Positions 16,972 through 27,329 of a DNA stretch of 64,000 nt are shown piece by piece. Made by a program: the position numbers and the translations under genes. The stretch comes from an uncultured Planctomycetota bacterium. GTDB lineage: Bacteria; Planctomycetota; Planctomycetia; Isosphaerales; Isosphaeraceae. The notes beneath the pieces were generated by a model that made no database searches, was not told where the DNA came from, and worked only from the letters and a program-made list of their open reading frames with translations. Location of the stretch: positions 72,704 through 136,703 of the forward strand of contig CAWJTV010000018.1 in the NCBI GenBank assembly GCA_963845755.1. Direction: 5' to 3'. Position 1 is the stretch's first letter. The number at the start of each line of letters is the position of its first letter.

Positions 16972-17017
16972 GCCTAACCATCGGGCCAGGCCCAATACCT
17001 TTGAATTAGCGTTAAGA
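16972..17017 (+). other. Possible terminal degenerate attC site 19
   Basis: GCCTAAC...GTTAAGA with little inner pairing. Confidence 0.4.
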
Positions 17018-17043
17018 CTAAGAAAAGTCGAGATTTGCAAATA

Positions 17044-17177
17044 TCTTGTTCCCACGCTCACGCGCGGGAACACGCTTCCTGGACGCTCTGTGTCCCCGCG
17101 GTTTCCTTGCCGCCCCGATGCGAAACCGGCGTGGAGCGTCGAGACGGACAATCCCACGCAGGAGCGTGGGAACGAGA
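17044..17177. repeat. REP/MITE-like palindromic element
   Basis: Terminal inverted repeat TCTTGTTCCCACGCTC / GAGCGTGGGAACGAGA, plus internal GACGCTC/GAGCGTC. Confidence 0.75.
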
Positions 17178-17223
17178 AGTAAGTCCTCGTCTGCCTTCAA
17201 TTTACCACTAATTCAACGCTATT

Positions 17224-17308
17224 GCCCCTAACCCCACCTTCGCAAGGGGGAAACTATGGCGGGATGGCTCGGTCCCTTTCCCCCCATTGCGAAGGGGGTA
17301 GGGGGGGC
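17224..17308. repeat. C-run/G-run palindromic REP-like doublet
   Basis: CCCCACCTTCGCAAGGGGG ... CCCCCCATTGCGAAGGGGG in inverted arrangement. Confidence 0.7.
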
Positions 17309-17467
17309 TTCGGTCGAGGACTCCGAGAGTGTGCAAGCCAGCCGCTAAGCGTTCTCGAACGACCAACTCGCAACTCTCGTTGTGAGCGAATTCCATAGCT
17401 CGGACTATCACTTCGCCCCTGGTGGTTCCATCCTCGTGTTTGGGCCAGAAAGCGATGTCGGAGTTCC

Positions 17468-18900
17468 ATGAAAAAGGTCCGCGAAGCACTTCCTGTCGAC
17501 TTGCGACGGCCCTCTGTCGAAAAACCCTATACCTTTGCGTCGCGCCCTTCGCGGTCTGAACTGATCGCGCGCGGAGAGGCCATGCGGAAACAATGCCCGC
17601 GCAACTCCCACGCCGTCTGGAGTGCGCCGGATGACCGACCGGACCCGGTCCGGCTGGTTGAAGAAGGCAACAGCGGGCGAATTGCTGAACTGATCCCCCT
17701 GCGCCACGGCCGCATGCTGCCGTCGCCGTTCACCTTCTATCGCGGGACGGCGCTCAACATGGCGGTGGACCTGGCCGGCACACCCACCACGGGCTTTCGC
17801 GTGCAGGCTTGCGGCGATGCGCACCTGGGCAACTTCCGCTGCTTTGCCACGCCCGAGCGGCGGGTCATCTTCGACATTCACGACCTGGATGAAACGATTC
17901 CGGCGCCATGGGAGTGGGACATCAAACGCCTGGCCGCCAGCTTTGTCCTCGCATGCCGCACGAACGGCTTCAGCGACACGCTCGCCCGTGATGCCGTGCT
18001 GACCTGCGTCCGCTCGTACCGCGAAGCCATGGCCCTGTTCAGCACGATGCGGGCCCTGGACGTGTGGTATGCCCGATTTGACGCCAAGAAGCTCGTCGCG
18101 GACATCGATGACGCCGACATCCGCGCCGGACTCGAAAGCTCCTGACCAAGGCGAAGAAGGTCTGCATCGTTGAGCACGTTTTCCCCAAGATCGCCGACAA
18201 ATCGGGAGAGACCCCGACAATCAAAGACAACCCGCCGTTCATCTACCACCACCTGGAGCGCGGGGAGGAGGAATTCTACGCTTCGATCGAGGAAGTCTTT
18301 GCTTTCTACCGCGAATCGTTGCCGGACGATCGGCGTGTCCTCCTGGACCGATATGTCCTCAAGGACAAGGCCATCAAGGTCGTGGGGGTCGGCAGCGTCG
18401 GCACGGTTTGCAGCGTCGCTCTCCTGATGGCGGGTGACAAGGACCCCCTCTTCCTCCAGCTCAAGGAAGCGCGCCCTCGGTCCTGGAGGCCTATGCGGGA
18501 CCGAGCGTTTATCCCAACCACGGGCAACGGGTCGTGACGGGGCACCGTCTCATGCAATCGGCGAGCGACATCTTCCTCGGTTGGACGCAGGACAGCAGCG
18601 GCCGGCATTTCTACGTCCGGCAGTTGCGGGACATGAAGCTCAAGTTCCCCGTCGAACACTTCAAGTCGGCCAAGATGGTCATCTTCGCCGAATGGTGTGG
18701 GGGCACGCTGTGCGTGCGCCCACGCCCGTTCCGGTGAACCCGCCTTGATCAGCGGCTATCTCGGCAAAGCCGACACGTTTGATCAAGCGATCACCGCCTT
18801 TGCAGTGACTTATGCCGACCAGGTCGAGCGCGATTACGAAAGCTTCACGAAGGCGGTTCGCGAGGGGAGAATCGAAGCCCGATTGGATGACGTCGTCTGA
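17468..18900 (+). CDS. DUF2252 family protein, three apparent frameshifts
   Basis: LIPLRHGRMLPSPFTFYRGTA, CGDAHLGNF, KVVGVGSVGT, LQLKEA, SASDIFLGW and AHARSG motifs spread over successive frames. Confidence 0.85.
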
Positions 18901-19315
18901 TTCGTGCCGGCCGATGCTCAACGACCCTAATCCCGCGCGGACTTCGGGTCAACGGTGCCGAAAAGGGCGAAGAATGGCAAGCTTGGGGTCAGGCCGCACC
19001 TGGAGCCTCTGGAGGCAGTCCCGAAGGTCCTGAGATGCGGGGAGGAGGCTTGTCAGAGACCCTCGGGCTTGTTATGTAACAGGATCAGACTTCTCGATGT
19101 TGAGCACGGAAAGGACCAAGCGTGACGACAAACCGCGCCGCCGAACCAGGGTCACGCGCCGATGCGGGCGACACGCCGTCGCCCAGTACGCCGTTACACA
19201 CGCGGGCCTTCCGTTTTCTAAAAAAGATTTTCATAATATCCGATACCAAAAATCTCTGTGCACTCGCATACTACCAGTGCGTTCAACAACGAGTACCAGG
19301 GGCTCGAGGGATTGA

Positions 19316-20299
19316 TTGGCATCCCGGAGGACCCGAAAGCGGCGCGAGACGGCCAATGCCATCAGGAAGAAGGCCGAGGTGTGTTCCCGCTCCCTCACGA
19401 TCGGGGACGCGATCCTGTTCGAAAGGATGTTGATCCGGCTGCTACCGGAGGCGTACCTCCGGCGCAAGGCGTCGGGCCTGCGCGAGCGGTTTCGCCGGCT
19501 CATCGAGCCCGAGGAGTATCAGTTCTACCTGGAGAGCGGCCCACCCGACCCCCTCCAGGGGGACCTGGCTCAGCTCCGGACCGACGTTGACGAAGTCCTC
19601 AATAGGATTAATTATATTTATGTCATTTCTCCATTTAAAGAGGAGATGCGCACCCGGATCTCGTCCCGAATCTCCGGCCTTCTCCTGCTGTTCCTGTCAT
19701 CCGTCGGGATCTTCATCTTCTATCGGACTTCGGATCCCAGCACCAGGCTGATCCCCGCCCTGGTTCCCGTCGTGATCGCCGGGGCGATCGGGGGGTTCGT
19801 GAGCGTCCAGCAGCGAATCCAGACGGCGCCCACGGGTGGGGACGCGATCCGCGGGGTCCTCTCGCTCTACGACGGCTGGTTCAGCGTCTACCTCTCCCCG
19901 CTCACGGGGTCGATCTCCGCAACGATCCTCTACTTCTTATTCGTCGGTGAATTCCTGAAAGGGAGTATGTTCCCCGAGATCAACGACCCGGCGGTTGCAG
20001 GCAGGGCGATCGACTTTCAAGCCTTCTTTTCGACCATCGGGCCGAAGAACGGCGTCGAATATGCGAAGCTCATCGTCTGGGCGTTCGTCGCGGGATTTGC
20101 CGAGCGTCTCGTCCCCGACACGTTGAATCGCCTCGTCGAATCGGTCGAGAGCGGCTCGAAGTCGAAGCCGGTGGCGGTGGTCGAGGCGAAGGGTAAAGCC
20201 CCTACAGGCCAGGCCGAGAACGCCGGTCTGCCGAAGAAGGGCAAACCGGAGGTCGTGGGCAACTCGGAGGCTGGAGCCACGGTCACCAAGCCGGTCTGA
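19316..20299 (+). CDS. Multi-pass membrane protein
   Basis: AGAIGGFVS, YLSPLTG and WAFVAGFAERLVPD TM motifs; start uncertain. Confidence 0.7.
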   Translation: MASRRTRKRRETANAIRKKAEVCSRSLTIGDAILFERMLIRLLPEAYLRRKASGLRERFRRLIEPEEYQFYLESGPPDPLQGDLAQLRTDVDEVLNRINYIYVISPFKEEMRTRISSRISGLLLLFLSSVGIFIFYRTSDPSTRLIPALVPVVIAGAIGGFVSVQQRIQTAPTGGDAIRGVLSLYDGWFSVYLSPLTGSISATILYFLFVGEFLKGSMFPEINDPAVAGRAIDFQAFFSTIGPKNGVEYAKLIVWAFVAGFAERLVPDTLNRLVESVESGSKSKPVAVVEAKGKAPTGQAENAGLPKKGKPEVVGNSEAGATVTKPV

Positions 20300-20331
20300 G
20301 AGTCGGTCCCTGAAGCCTCAATTGCCGTCTC

Positions 20332-20397
20332 GTAGGGTGCACTGTGAGCACCGAATTCGGCAAAGTCCGCCGGATCGGTGCTCACAGAGCACCCTAC
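20332..20397. repeat. GTAG-type REP doublet
   Basis: GTAGGGTGCACTGTGAGCACCGA ... TCGGTGCTCACAGAGCACCCTAC (1 mismatch). Confidence 0.8.
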
Positions 20398-20662
20398 AAA
20401 GACCTTCCGAGACAGTCACTGAGTTATCACGTCCGATGAACTCTCGACTGGCCATGCTGGCGCGGCCTTTGCAGGTGACCCGAAATAGGGGACGGGGGGC
20501 CCGGCCATACCTCGAGGACAAGCGACCTCTTCCCTTCATTGCCGCTTCCTACCAGAATACCGGTAGGGCGGTATTCCGCGTGTCGAGGCATCGCGCGGGG
20601 CGAGATGGGGTCGCCCGTCTCGACGTGAGACGATGCTGATGCCGGCCTGGGGGTGGTTGCTG

Positions 20663-21688
20663 ATGGTCGAAACTATGATACCGGCCACCGTCATCGGGAG
20701 CTGGTCGTTACCGGGCTGGTTCGAGAAGTTCATCGAGGACGTCAAGGCGGAGCCGGACCGCTTCGGGCCGTCGGATCGCGAGGAGGCCGTGCGCGACGCG
20801 GTCCGCCTGGCCGTCGACGACCAGCTTCGTGCCGGGCTCGGCCGGATCACCGACGGCGAGATCCAGCGCGTCGACTTCAACCTGGGCTTTTACGAGTATC
20901 TCGGCGGCCTCGAGCCAATTCCGAACGCGCGGCGATGGGGCGCGCCGGCGCACGATCAGCGCGATCGCTATCGATGCGTCGCGCCGCTCTCCGCGCCCGG
21001 CGGCCTGGGCATCGTGGCGGAGTATTGCCGGCTCCGGGAGATTACCTCGGCACCGGTCAAGATGCCCGTCCCCGGGCCGTTCACCCTGGCGGGCTGCATC
21101 GACGGCGGCGCGGTTTACGCCGATCGCGACGCGGTGACCGCCGCGCTGATCCCGATCGTCAATGCCGAGCTCCGGTCGCTCGTCATCGCCGGCGCGGACT
21201 TCATCCAGCTCGATGAACCCAGTTTCGCCTGCCATCCCCACGCCGCCGGGGAATTCCTCGACACGATCGCCCGCACAGTCGAGGGCGTGGTCTCTTACAT
21301 CAGTATGCACATGTGCTTCGGCAACTACCGGGCGCGCGCCGTCGGGCACCGGTCGTACCGGCCGCTGTTCCCCCACCTCGGACGGGTGCCGGTCGATCAA
21401 CTCGCACTCGAGTTCGCCAGCCGGGAGATGGCCGAGATCGAGCTGCTCGCCGAGCTGCCCGAGACGCTCGACGTCGCCGTGGGGCTGGTCGACGTGAAGA
21501 ACACGTGGATCGAGCCCGCGGAGCTGGTCGCCGATCGGCTGCGTACCGTGTTGAAGTATGTTGCTCCGTCGCGGGTCTCGGTCACCCCCGACTGCGGATT
21601 CTCCCAGACCGCGCGGCACGTCGCCGTCGCCAAGGCCAGGGCGATGGTCGAAGGCGTGAACCTGGTGCGGAACGAGCTGAAGTCATGA
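20663..21688 (+). CDS. Cobalamin-independent methionine synthase II-like protein (single catalytic domain)
   Basis: TVIGSW, TDGE, IQLDEP, HMC (HxC Zn ligands), GLVDVK and PDCGF motifs. Confidence 0.85.
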   Translation: MVETMIPATVIGSWSLPGWFEKFIEDVKAEPDRFGPSDREEAVRDAVRLAVDDQLRAGLGRITDGEIQRVDFNLGFYEYLGGLEPIPNARRWGAPAHDQRDRYRCVAPLSAPGGLGIVAEYCRLREITSAPVKMPVPGPFTLAGCIDGGAVYADRDAVTAALIPIVNAELRSLVIAGADFIQLDEPSFACHPHAAGEFLDTIARTVEGVVSYISMHMCFGNYRARAVGHRSYRPLFPHLGRVPVDQLALEFASREMAEIELLAELPETLDVAVGLVDVKNTWIEPAELVADRLRTVLKYVAPSRVSVTPDCGFSQTARHVAVAKARAMVEGVNLVRNELKS

Positions 21689-22530
21689 TCGAGCCGGTCC
21701 GTCGCGGTGCCGAACTGGTCGAGGAGATCGCGGGGACGATCCCCGCTCCGGGGACGCTCAGCGTCTGGTGGCTGGGTCAGAGCGGGTACGTGATCAGGTC
21801 GTGCGAGGGGTTGCTCGCCATCGACCTCTACCTGTCGGAGCACCTGACGAAGAAATACGCGGCCACGAATCGCCCCCATGTCCGGATGACCCGGGCACCT
21901 CTGGGCGGCGGCGACCTGCGCCAGGTCGACCTGGTCCTGGCCAGTCACAAGCATTCCGATCACCTTGATCCGGGGACTTTGCCGGACCTCATGACGGTCA
22001 CGCCGGGCGCGATTCTCGCCCTGCCGGAGGCGATCCGGGATCACGCCATCGGCCTGGGACTGCCTTCCGAGCGAATCGTCGGCCTGGACGCCGGGGGCGA
22101 CTTGGAGCGCGCCGGGTTCCGGGTCCGCGCGATCCCCTCGGCGCACGAGGGACTCGACACCGACGAGTCCGGGCGTCATCTTTACCTGGGATACGCGATC
22201 GAATCCGAAGGATTGAGGCTGTATCACAGCGGAGACAGCCTGGCTTACGAGGGACTGACCGGCCGGCTCGGCCCCGATCGATTCGACGTCCTGTTCTTGC
22301 CGATCAACGGGCGGGACCCGGTGCGCGGGGTCCCCGGCAACATGTCGGCGGCCGAGGCGGTCAACCTGGCCGTCCGGGTCCGTCCTCGCTTCGTCGTGCC
22401 CCATCATTATGACATGTTTACATTCAACACGATCCCCGTCGAGGCGTTCGCGGAGGAGGCCCGCCGGCTCCCGGCCGGGGTCCAGCCGCGGATCCTCCGT
22501 TGCGGGGAGCGTTGGGAGGTCGCGCCGTGA
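21685..22530 (+). CDS. Metallo-beta-lactamase-fold hydrolase (UlaG-like)
   Basis: WWLGQSG, SHKHSDHLD, YHSGDS, LPING and VPHHYDMF; ATGA overlap with the upstream gene. Confidence 0.85.
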   Translation: MIEPVRRGAELVEEIAGTIPAPGTLSVWWLGQSGYVIRSCEGLLAIDLYLSEHLTKKYAATNRPHVRMTRAPLGGGDLRQVDLVLASHKHSDHLDPGTLPDLMTVTPGAILALPEAIRDHAIGLGLPSERIVGLDAGGDLERAGFRVRAIPSAHEGLDTDESGRHLYLGYAIESEGLRLYHSGDSLAYEGLTGRLGPDRFDVLFLPINGRDPVRGVPGNMSAAEAVNLAVRVRPRFVVPHHYDMFTFNTIPVEAFAEEARRLPAGVQPRILRCGERWEVAP

Positions 22531-24065
22531 GCATCACGTTGGGCATCGACATCGGGACCTCGGGGACCAAGACGCTGGCGATTGATGAGACGGGGGCGAT
22601 CCTTGCGTCGGCGACGCTCGAGTATCCCTGCGACCATCCGCGGCCAGGGTGGTCCGAGCAGCAGCCGGAATTCTGGTGGAATGCCACCGTCCAGACGGTG
22701 AAGCAAGTCCTAGGCTCGGGCAAGTTCCGCCCGGAGGACGTGGCCGGGCTCGGGCTGAGCGGGCAGATGCACGGCTCGGTCTTCCTCGACGCGGCGGGTC
22801 GGGTCATCCGCCCGGCCCTGCTGTGGAACGACCAGAGGACAGCGGCCGAATGCCGGGAGATCGAGGAGAAGGCGGGAGGTCGCGAGGCCCTGATCCGCCT
22901 GGTCGCCAACCCGGCCTTGACGGGATTCACCGCGCCCAAGCTGCTGTGGGTCCGCACGCACGAGCCCCGGAATTGGGACCAGGTCCGCCAGGTCTTGTTG
23001 CCGAAGGACTATGTCCGCTACCGGCTGACCGGGACGTATGCCACCGAGGTGAGCGACGCGTCGGGGACGCTGTTGCTCGACGTCGCCAACCGTCGATGGA
23101 GCCGCGAGCTGCTCGGCAAGCTCGAGATCGACCCGGCGCTCTTGCCTCCCTGTTACGAGAGCGCGGAGGTCTCGGCCAGGGTGAGCGAGCTGGGCTCGAT
23201 GGCGACCGGCCTGCCGACCGGGACGCCGGTGGTCGGCGGGGGCGGCGACCAGCCGGCCGGCGCGGTCGGCAACGGGATCGTTCGCCAGGGGGTGGTTTCG
23301 GCGACGATGGGGACGTCGGGCGTCGTCTTCGCGCACGCCGACGAGCTGGGCTTCGACCCGCTGGGCCGGCTCCAGCGCGGCTGCCATGCCGTGCCGGGCG
23401 CCTGGCACGTCATGGGGGTGGTGCTCGCGGCCGGTGGGAGCCTGCAGTGGTTCCGCAACGAGCTGGGCAAGGCCGAGGTCGCGCTGGCCAAGGAGCGGGG
23501 AGAGGACCCTTATTACCTCCTCACCGCCGAGGCCGCGCTCGCGGGTCCCGGTGCGGAAGGCTTGTTCTTCCTCCCTTACATGACCGGCGAACGGACACCG
23601 CACTTCGACCCCGATGCCAAGGCCGCCTGGATCGGGCTGACGGTCCGGCATGGCCGGCCGCACATGATCCGCAGCCTGCTCGAAGGGGCGACCTTCGCCA
23701 TGCGCGATAGCCTGGAGCTGATCCGCGAAATGGGCGTGACGATCGAGCAAGTGCGCGTCTCCGGCGGCGGAGCCCGCAACCCGCTCTGGCGGCAGATCCA
23801 GGCCGATATCTACGGCTGCGACGTTCACACGCTGAATTCGACCGAAGGACCGGCCTTCGGCGTCGCCCTGCTGGCCCAGGTCGGCACCGGCGGGTTTTCC
23901 TCGGTCCCCGAGGCGTGTGATGCCACCATCCGTGCGGTGGACTCCACGACCGTCGATCCTCGCGCCAGGAATTACTACGACCGCGCGTATGCGGTCTATC
24001 GACGGCTCTATCTGGACCTTCGTTCGTCGTTCCGGTCGATCAGTGCGCTGGTCAATGAGTTCTGA
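22527..24065 (+). CDS. xylB: Xylulokinase (FGGY kinase)
   Basis: LGIDIGTSGTK, GLSGQMHG, LLWNDQR, GGGDQ and LPYMTGERTPH; GTGA overlap. Confidence 0.9.
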   Translation: MSITLGIDIGTSGTKTLAIDETGAILASATLEYPCDHPRPGWSEQQPEFWWNATVQTVKQVLGSGKFRPEDVAGLGLSGQMHGSVFLDAAGRVIRPALLWNDQRTAAECREIEEKAGGREALIRLVANPALTGFTAPKLLWVRTHEPRNWDQVRQVLLPKDYVRYRLTGTYATEVSDASGTLLLDVANRRWSRELLGKLEIDPALLPPCYESAEVSARVSELGSMATGLPTGTPVVGGGGDQPAGAVGNGIVRQGVVSATMGTSGVVFAHADELGFDPLGRLQRGCHAVPGAWHVMGVVLAAGGSLQWFRNELGKAEVALAKERGEDPYYLLTAEAALAGPGAEGLFFLPYMTGERTPHFDPDAKAAWIGLTVRHGRPHMIRSLLEGATFAMRDSLELIREMGVTIEQVRVSGGGARNPLWRQIQADIYGCDVHTLNSTEGPAFGVALLAQVGTGGFSSVPEACDATIRAVDSTTVDPRARNYYDRAYAVYRRLYLDLRSSFRSISALVNEF

Positions 24066-24096
24066 AAAAGTGTATGAGCAGCCTGGCAGGCGGTTC

Positions 24097-24161
24097 GTCG
24101 GGTGCTCGGTGAGCACCGATGCGCAAGCGTCGGCCGTTCTGGTGCTCACCGAGCACCCGAC
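24097..24161. repeat. REP doublet, same family as 20332-20397
   Basis: Perfect 21-bp inverted repeat GTCGGGTGCTCGGTGAGCACC. Confidence 0.8.
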
Positions 24162-24206
24162 ATCAAGGCTATCACAACGCGCGACCGACAGTCCGGGAGA
24201 TCTCGC

Positions 24207-26518
24207 TTGGCACGGAAATCCAGACGGACCTCAGCGAAGACGGCGCGGCAGGACGGCGAAGGGAGGGTTCGTGCCACGTCGCCGTCGAGCCCTCCCGACG
24301 CGCCGTCGCCGTCGCCTGCGCCCGAGACCGCAATCCAGAGCGAGCCCGAACGTCCCAGGTGGCGAGCCCGGCTCTGGACCAGTATCGCCGTGATCGGGCT
24401 GCTGACGCTCCATTACGCCCTGGCGGCTCAGAGTCTCCTCCTGGAGAACCCGACGGTCGACGAGGTCGTGCACATGCCGGCCGGCATCAGCTACTGGCAG
24501 AAGGGGACGTTCAAGCTCTATCACCACAACCCGCCGCTGTTCAAGCTGGTCGCCGCGCTGCCGGTCGTGATGGCGCAACCGGAGACCGAACCACTCTACG
24601 GAATGAAGAGTTGGAGGTCCAAAGACCCTTCGGCGATTACGTTCTCGCAAGAGTTCGCCATCATCAACACCCATCGCTATTTCGAGCTCTTCCAGCTCGC
24701 CCGGCTGATGATGCCGTTGTTCTCGATCGTCGGCGGCCTGATCGTGTTCGCGTGGTCGCGGCGACTCTATGGCGCCTGGGCCGGCGTGTTGAGCCTGGCG
24801 CTCTGGGTGTTCTGTCCCAACATCCTCGCCCATGCCCGGCTGGTCACGTCGGATATCTGCTCGACCGCGATGGGGGTCGCGGCGACCTATGTCTTCTGGC
24901 GATTCTTGCAGGCGCCGACCCGCCGCTGGGCGTTCGCGGCGGGCGTCGCGCTGGGAATCGCCCAGTTGAGCAAGTTCAGCATGCTGCTCCTCTACGCGAT
25001 CTGGCCGTTCCTCGGGCTCGTGCGGCTCGGGCTAGTGGTCCCCAGGAGCGAGTGGCGCCGGGCCGTCGTCAAGGGGACGGTCCACGGGTTGGTGATTGTC
25101 GCCTCGAGCATTGTCACGATCGATGTCGGCTATCTCTTCGAGGGGGTGGGGATTCCGCTCGGCAGGTACGAATTCGCCTGCCGCTCCCTGACGCGCCCCG
25201 CGACGCCCGTCGAGATTCGTCTGAGGAGCGAGAACCCGCTGCTCGACACGGCCTGGCAGTTCCGGGTCAATCGATTCCGAGGGACCTGGCTAGGTCGCAT
25301 CCCCGCGCCCTGCCCGAGCACTACCTCCTGGGCTTCGACGAGCAGAAGCTCGAATCCGAGGGGATACCGAGGCGCTTCACCAAGGCCGTCCAGGACGATT
25401 GGATGGCCCGTGCCTCGAGGCAGCCGGCAACCCGGGTCAAGGAAGAACTCCGGGTTCCGGAGGCGCACGATGAGCCGCAGGATGCCTATCCGGTCTATCT
25501 CAACGGTGAGCTGCGCCGGAATGGGTGGTGGTATTATTATCTGCTCACCCTGATTTACAAGGTCCCGGAAGGGACGTGGCTCCTGGTTCTCCTGTCGCTG
25601 GCGGTCCTGGTGCTGGCGAGGCGGTCGCGCACCGAGTGGGCCGACGAGATCGCGCTGGGCACCGTCCCGCTGGTGATCTTCCTCTCGATGAGCCTGCTTA
25701 CGGACATCAACCTGGGCCTGCGCTATGTGCTGCCGATCGCGCCTTACGTGTTCATCGCCGCGGGGAAGGTCGTGCCCTGGTCGATGGGCCTGGCGGGTCG
25801 TTGGCGTTTCGTGATGGGAGCGCTGATCGCCGGGTCGCTGGGCTTGACGATCGCGGCGTCGGTCGCGATCCGCCCGGACTACCTTTCGTATTTCAACTGG
25901 GCTTCGGGCGGCCCGGACCGGGTGCCGGCGCGGCTGATCGACAGCAACCTGGATTGGGGCCAGGACCTGGTCGCGCTCCAGAGATGGTGGAAGGAGACGA
26001 TCCCGGATCAGGAGATTGGTCTGGCGTATTTCGGCCAGATCAACCCGTCGCTCTTCGCGGTGCGCGGCGAGCCGTTCCGATGGTTCCTCCCGCCGGGAGA
26101 GCCGGGCACCATTCGCCCGATGGCCGAGAACCCGAGCCCGATGCTCAAAGGCCCCGAGCCCAGGCTGACACCCGGCTATTATGCCGTCAGCGCGACGGTG
26201 CTCTATGGGCTGCCCTGGCGGTTCTATGACCCGGCGCCGCCCGAAACCGTGCCCGCAGCCTGGGCGATGGCCTGGAATGCCTATCAATTCGGCGCATTCC
26301 AGTATTTTCGCCAATTCACGCCGATCAAACGGATCGGGCACTCGATTTATGTCTATCAACTCAGCGCCGAGGACGTGACGCGCGTGAACGACTCATTCCG
26401 CAAGGCGGCAGACATAGACCTGGGCCATGTCATCATCATGGGTCGGTCCGAAGAAAGAGTCGACTTCGAAATCCCGCTTGCCGTAGCAGGTCTGGAAGAT
26501 CGGCGCCGAACTCGGTGA
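24207..26518 (+). CDS. GT39/ArnT-like membrane glycosyltransferase, frameshift near 25305
   Basis: PTVDEVVH, HNPPLFK, PNILAHARLVTSD, GWWYYY, GLRYVLP and DSNLDWGQDL across two frames. Confidence 0.8.
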
Positions 26519-27325
26519 AGACGGGGTAGCCCCAGTCGCCGCCAGGGATGGGCGATCCGCGGGGCGAGATCCTCGACCGTTCCGTCTGGCCGGAGCACTG
26601 CCCGGGGAAACGTCGAGGATGTCCTGGGGCAGAAGAGGGACGGTGAAGATATGACGCCCGCCGGGCGCGAGCACACGGCGAATTTCGCTCAGTGCGGCCT
26701 CGAGATCGGGGACGTGCTCCAATGTCTCCGAGGTCAGGACGAGATCGAAACTCGCCCCTGGGTACGTCAGCTTGGTCAAGTCCTCCGAGCGGGTTCCCTC
26801 GACGACTCCCGGCGCCAGGTCGGGCTGATAGTCTGAGCCGACAAATCCCGGCAGATGGGCCAGCGGATCGTGCAGTCCCTCGATCCGGTTGATCTCGGCA
26901 ATGCGGAGCCGCCGGATTTCCGCGCACTCGACCCAATCGACGATCGACGGGGCCGGGGCAGGGGGGGTACCGACAGGATACAGGTTCAGCACGACCTGGG
27001 CGATCCGTCGGCATCGGAGATTGGCCCCGCAGTGCGTGCAGTGGCATGACTCCTTTCTCGCGAACGCCTGGGCCTGTCGCGGCGAGATCCCCCAGCGTTC
27101 TTCCAGACGGCGGGGGATGATGCGACGGCGATAAAGCATCGGTCGGAACCGGCCGCAGACTGTGCAGCGCTCGAAGCGACCATGCCCGATGGCGTTCAGC
27201 ATGTCGTAAGCGAGCCAACCGAAGCGATGGGCGGCGTTCCATCCGGACACGAGGAACCACTTCAACCGGCCGGGGACCCGACGTCTCATGGAATCGTGAT
27301 GCTCTTGCGATGGTGTCTGTCTCAC
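26393..27325 (-). CDS. Class I SAM-dependent methyltransferase with a Cys-rich N-terminus
   Basis: CTVC and CTHC pairs, EDLTKLTYPGASFDLVLTSETLEHVPD, RVLAPGG; probable compensating frameshifts near the 3' end. Confidence 0.8.
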   Translation of the reverse strand: MRQTPSQEHHDSMRRRVPGRLKWFLVSGWNAAHRFGWLAYDMLNAIGHGRFERCTVCGRFRPMLYRRRIIPRRLEERWGISPRQAQAFARKESCHCTHCGANLRCRRIAQVVLNLYPVGTPPAPAPSIVDWVECAEIRRLRIAEINRIEGLHDPLAHLPGFVGSDYQPDLAPGVVEGTRSEDLTKLTYPGASFDLVLTSETLEHVPDLEAALSEIRRVLAPGGRHIFTVPLLPQDILDVSPGSAPARRNGRGSRPADRPSLAATGATPSSPSSAPIFQTCYGKRDFEVDSFFGPTHDDDMAQVYVCRLAE

Positions 27326-27329
27326 GTCC

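Larger units (their letters stand above)
3547..17017 (+). mobile_element. Integron gene-cassette array (about 20 cassettes)
   Basis: Short co-oriented ORFs, each followed by an imperfect palindrome RYYTAAC...TGCAGCGGACCCG...CGGGCCGCTGA...GTTAGRY; adjacent to an intI remnant. Confidence 0.95.
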
